Below are positions 62,008 to 64,000 of a DNA stretch of 64,000 nt, piece by piece. This DNA is from Candidatus Moranbacteria bacterium GW2011_GWC2_40_12 (GTDB lineage Bacteria > Patescibacteriota > Minisyncoccia > Moranbacterales > UBA11712), in NCBI GenBank assembly GCA_000995965.1, contig LBYD01000003.1:17713-81712 (forward strand), written 5' to 3'. The position numbers were made by a program, and so were the translations under genes. Position 1 is the first letter of the stretch. Each line of letters starts with the position of its first letter. The notes under the pieces are model-generated. The model had not been told where the DNA came from. It saw only the letters and a program-made list of their open reading frames with translations, and made no database searches.

Positions 62008-62463
62008 CTATTTCACTTCAATAATTTTATACTCTTTTTCGCCGCTCGGGGTGCCGGCTTTCACCTTATCGCCGGCTTTTTTGCCCAAAAGCACTTTTCC
62101 GATCGGCGATTCGTTGGAAATTTTCCAGATCAGCGGATCGGCTTCGTTCGAGCCGACAATTTCGAAAATTTGTTCGTCCCCGTTGAATTTCACCTTCACT
62201 TTGGAGCCCATCTGAACCACATTGGATCCCTTTACAAAACTGGCCACTTCCGAGGTGCGGATTGTGTTTTCAAGCTCCATTATCCGCCTTTCGTTGTCGG
62301 CTTGCTGGCGTTTGGCTTCAGTGTATTCGGCGTTTTCAGAAAGATCCCCCTGTTCCTTGGCTTCTTTGATGGTGGCGGCGATTTTCTGCCTCATCTCGGT
62401 TTTTCGCATACCAAGCTCATCTTCCAGTTTTTTGAGACCCTCGGGCGTGAGAAATTTAGTCAT
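62008..62463 (-). CDS. greA: transcription elongation factor GreA
   Basis: 151 aa. N-terminal coiled-coil with acidic tip and C-terminal FKBP-like domain (KISNESPIGKVLLGKKAGD). Confidence 0.9.
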   Translation of the reverse strand: MTKFLTPEGLKKLEDELGMRKTEMRQKIAATIKEAKEQGDLSENAEYTEAKRQQADNERRIMELENTIRTSEVASFVKGSNVVQMGSKVKVKFNGDEQIFEIVGSNEADPLIWKISNESPIGKVLLGKKAGDKVKAGTPSGEKEYKIIEVK

Positions 62464-62569
62464 AAAAAAGGCTTAATTTAAAAGCACTCGCTCGCGAGCA
62501 CTGAAAACATATTGTATCGAACAGCCTGTATTATATATAAAAGAAAAATTATGTCAACCCAGTATATTG

Positions 62570-64000
62570 TTATTCTCCACTATTCCTTTCTCCAAAATAC
62601 CAGTCATAAACTTCTTTCGTCACCGGCACAGCCGTTGAGTGCCCTTCCCCTCCCCCTTCAACCAAAACTGCGATGGCAATTTCCGGATCATCATAGGGAG
62701 CAAAAGAAACGAACCAGCCGTGCGTTTTGTTCTCGCTTCCAAACTGGGCTGTTCCCGTTTTTCCGGCCACCTCAACCGGAAGTTCCTTGAGGGACTGGGC
62801 CGTTCCGGAAAGAATTGTTTGCCGCATGCCTTCTTTCACCACAGAAATATTGGAAGCCGATATGAATTTGCTATTCAGAGCTTCCGGGTCAATATTTTCT
62901 TTCGTCCCGTCATTTTTTTTGACGTAGCTTGCAAGATGGGGGCGATATACCGTTCCTCCATTCGCAATCGCCGCGATATAGTTCGCAAGCTGCAGCGGCG
63001 TTGCGGTATCAAAACCTTGTCCGATGGCAGAGTGATAGTCATCTCCCAAATACCAGCGCTCCCCGATTTTATTTTCTTTCCATGATTTGTCCGGCATAAG
63101 CCCGCTGCTTTCTCCGGGAATATCAATCCCCAATACTTTCCCTAGTCCGAAAAGGTTGGCATATTTTTTCATCCGGTCGATTCCAAGCGCCGGAATATTC
63201 TGCCATCCTCCTCCGATGGAGTAGAAAAAGACATCACAACTTTCTGCAATGGCTTTTCGGACATCGGTCGAGCCGCCGTGCGTTTTCCAGTCCGGAAAAT
63301 TATAACTGCCGATTCTGATGCCGCCCCCGCAATCAATTGATGTGTCGGAAGAAATTATTTTTTCTTGGAGCGCGGCCGCAGCTACCAGAGGCTTGAGAGT
63401 CGAACCCGGAGGGTATTCCCCGGAAATGGCGCGGTTGAACATCGGCTTTTCCTCATCATTCAGAAGCATATTATAATCCTCAGGTTTGATGCCCTGCGAA
63501 AAAAGGTTATTGTCAAACCCAGGAAGGCTCACCAGCGCCAAGACCTCGCCATTTTTGGGATTCACTGCGACCGCTGCCGCCGTTTTGGTTTCAGTTTGCG
63601 AGAACATATTCTGGAGGCTTTCCTCGATTTTTTCCTGAAGTCCCGCGTCCAGGCCCAAATACAAATCGTTTCCATTGATCGGATTTTCCGTTCCCAGATT
63701 TTTTTTGATGTTTCCAGCCGAATCAACTTCGACCTTCTGCTTGCCGTTTATTCCACGGAGATATTTTTCGTAGCTCTCCTCCAATCCCATCTTCCCTATA
63801 TAGTCAGTGAGCAGATAATCCGAATTACTTTCGAGTTCCCCGGGATTTATTTTTCCCGTGTATCCGATAACCGGGGAAAAGACGGCCCCGTTCTCATACT
63901 GCCTCACAGCCGTTTTTTCCAGCTGAAAGCCTTCGAAATCGCTCTTTTTCTCAGAGAATACGAGCGCTTCTTCTTCGCTAATATTGCTTTTCACGAGAAC
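62570..64000 (-). CDS. class B penicillin-binding protein (PBP2/MrdA-like transpeptidase), N-terminus beyond window
   Basis: GSTLKPL (SxxK), SSD.. and KTGTAQF motifs. The ORF runs to the window edge. Confidence 0.85.
   Translation of the reverse strand, partial: VLVKSNISEEEALVFSEKKSDFEGFQLEKTAVRQYENGAVFSPVIGYTGKINPGELESNSDYLLTDYIGKMGLEESYEKYLRGINGKQKVEVDSAGNIKKNLGTENPINGNDLYLGLDAGLQEKIEESLQNMFSQTETKTAAAVAVNPKNGEVLALVSLPGFDNNLFSQGIKPEDYNMLLNDEEKPMFNRAISGEYPPGSTLKPLVAAAALQEKIISSDTSIDCGGGIRIGSYNFPDWKTHGGSTDVRKAIAESCDVFFYSIGGGWQNIPALGIDRMKKYANLFGLGKVLGIDIPGESSGLMPDKSWKENKIGERWYLGDDYHSAIGQGFDTATPLQLANYIAAIANGGTVYRPHLASYVKKNDGTKENIDPEALNSKFISASNISVVKEGMRQTILSGTAQSLKELPVEVAGKTGTAQFGSENKTHGWFVSFAPYDDPEIAIAVLVEGGGEGHSTAVPVTKEVYDWYFGERNSGE

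Overview
The window is 64 kb of a low-GC (about 40-45%), gene-dense bacterial chromosome, mostly on the minus strand. The gene content suggests a Patescibacteria/CPR-like organism: many small hypothetical proteins, a four-helix-bundle 'IVS' protein, a small GIY-YIG protein, DUF378, a type IV pilin, and a class-B PBP. This placement is inference. Confident housekeeping genes are clpB, pcm, yjbQ, a malic enzyme, trxB-trxA, uppS, a polyprenyl synthase, a partial dcw cluster (mraZ-rsmH-ftsL-ftsI-murF), dnaX, guaB, tsaC/yrdC, a NUDIX hydrolase, yfiH/pgeF, uvrC-uvrA-uvrB, ftsQ, an aminotransferase, serS, lysS, greA and a second class-B PBP (partial at the window end). There are three tRNAs (Glu-CUC, Gln-UUG, Arg-CCG) plus tRNA-like fragments. 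No rRNA or CRISPR was found. Unexplained structure worth a second look:
1. A pervasive family of about 100-bp AT-rich palindromic intergenic elements built from tandem 7-nt units (GAATTNN, GTAATTN, ATGNAAA, ATTCGTA). At least 17 copies lie in the window, including between dcw genes.
2. An all-minus-strand cluster at 42.6-50.8 kb. It holds a membrane-anchored VirD4/TraG/VirB4-like P-loop ATPase and large uncharacterised proteins, separated by those repeats. This is a candidate secretion or conjugation-like system.
3. A cytidine-deaminase-like gene whose zinc-ligand cysteine codon is an in-frame TGA.
4. A tRNA-Arg gene nested between the two halves of a second tRNA-Arg-like gene.
5. A tRNA-Gln islet with a frameshifted GIY-YIG gene, a 14-nt tRNA-fragment repeat, GC-hairpin arrays and a CCA-encoding tRNA-like element.
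6. A cluster of five DnaA boxes upstream of mraZ.
7. Two GC-rich transcription units (11.6 kb and 12.5-13.2 kb) with canonical promoter/SD/terminator signals that may be structured RNAs or small proteins.
8. An HtrA homologue with all three catalytic residues substituted.
9. A GC-atypical gene inserted between uvrA and uvrB.
No computations or database searches were run. Every call is from reading the sequence and the ORF track.
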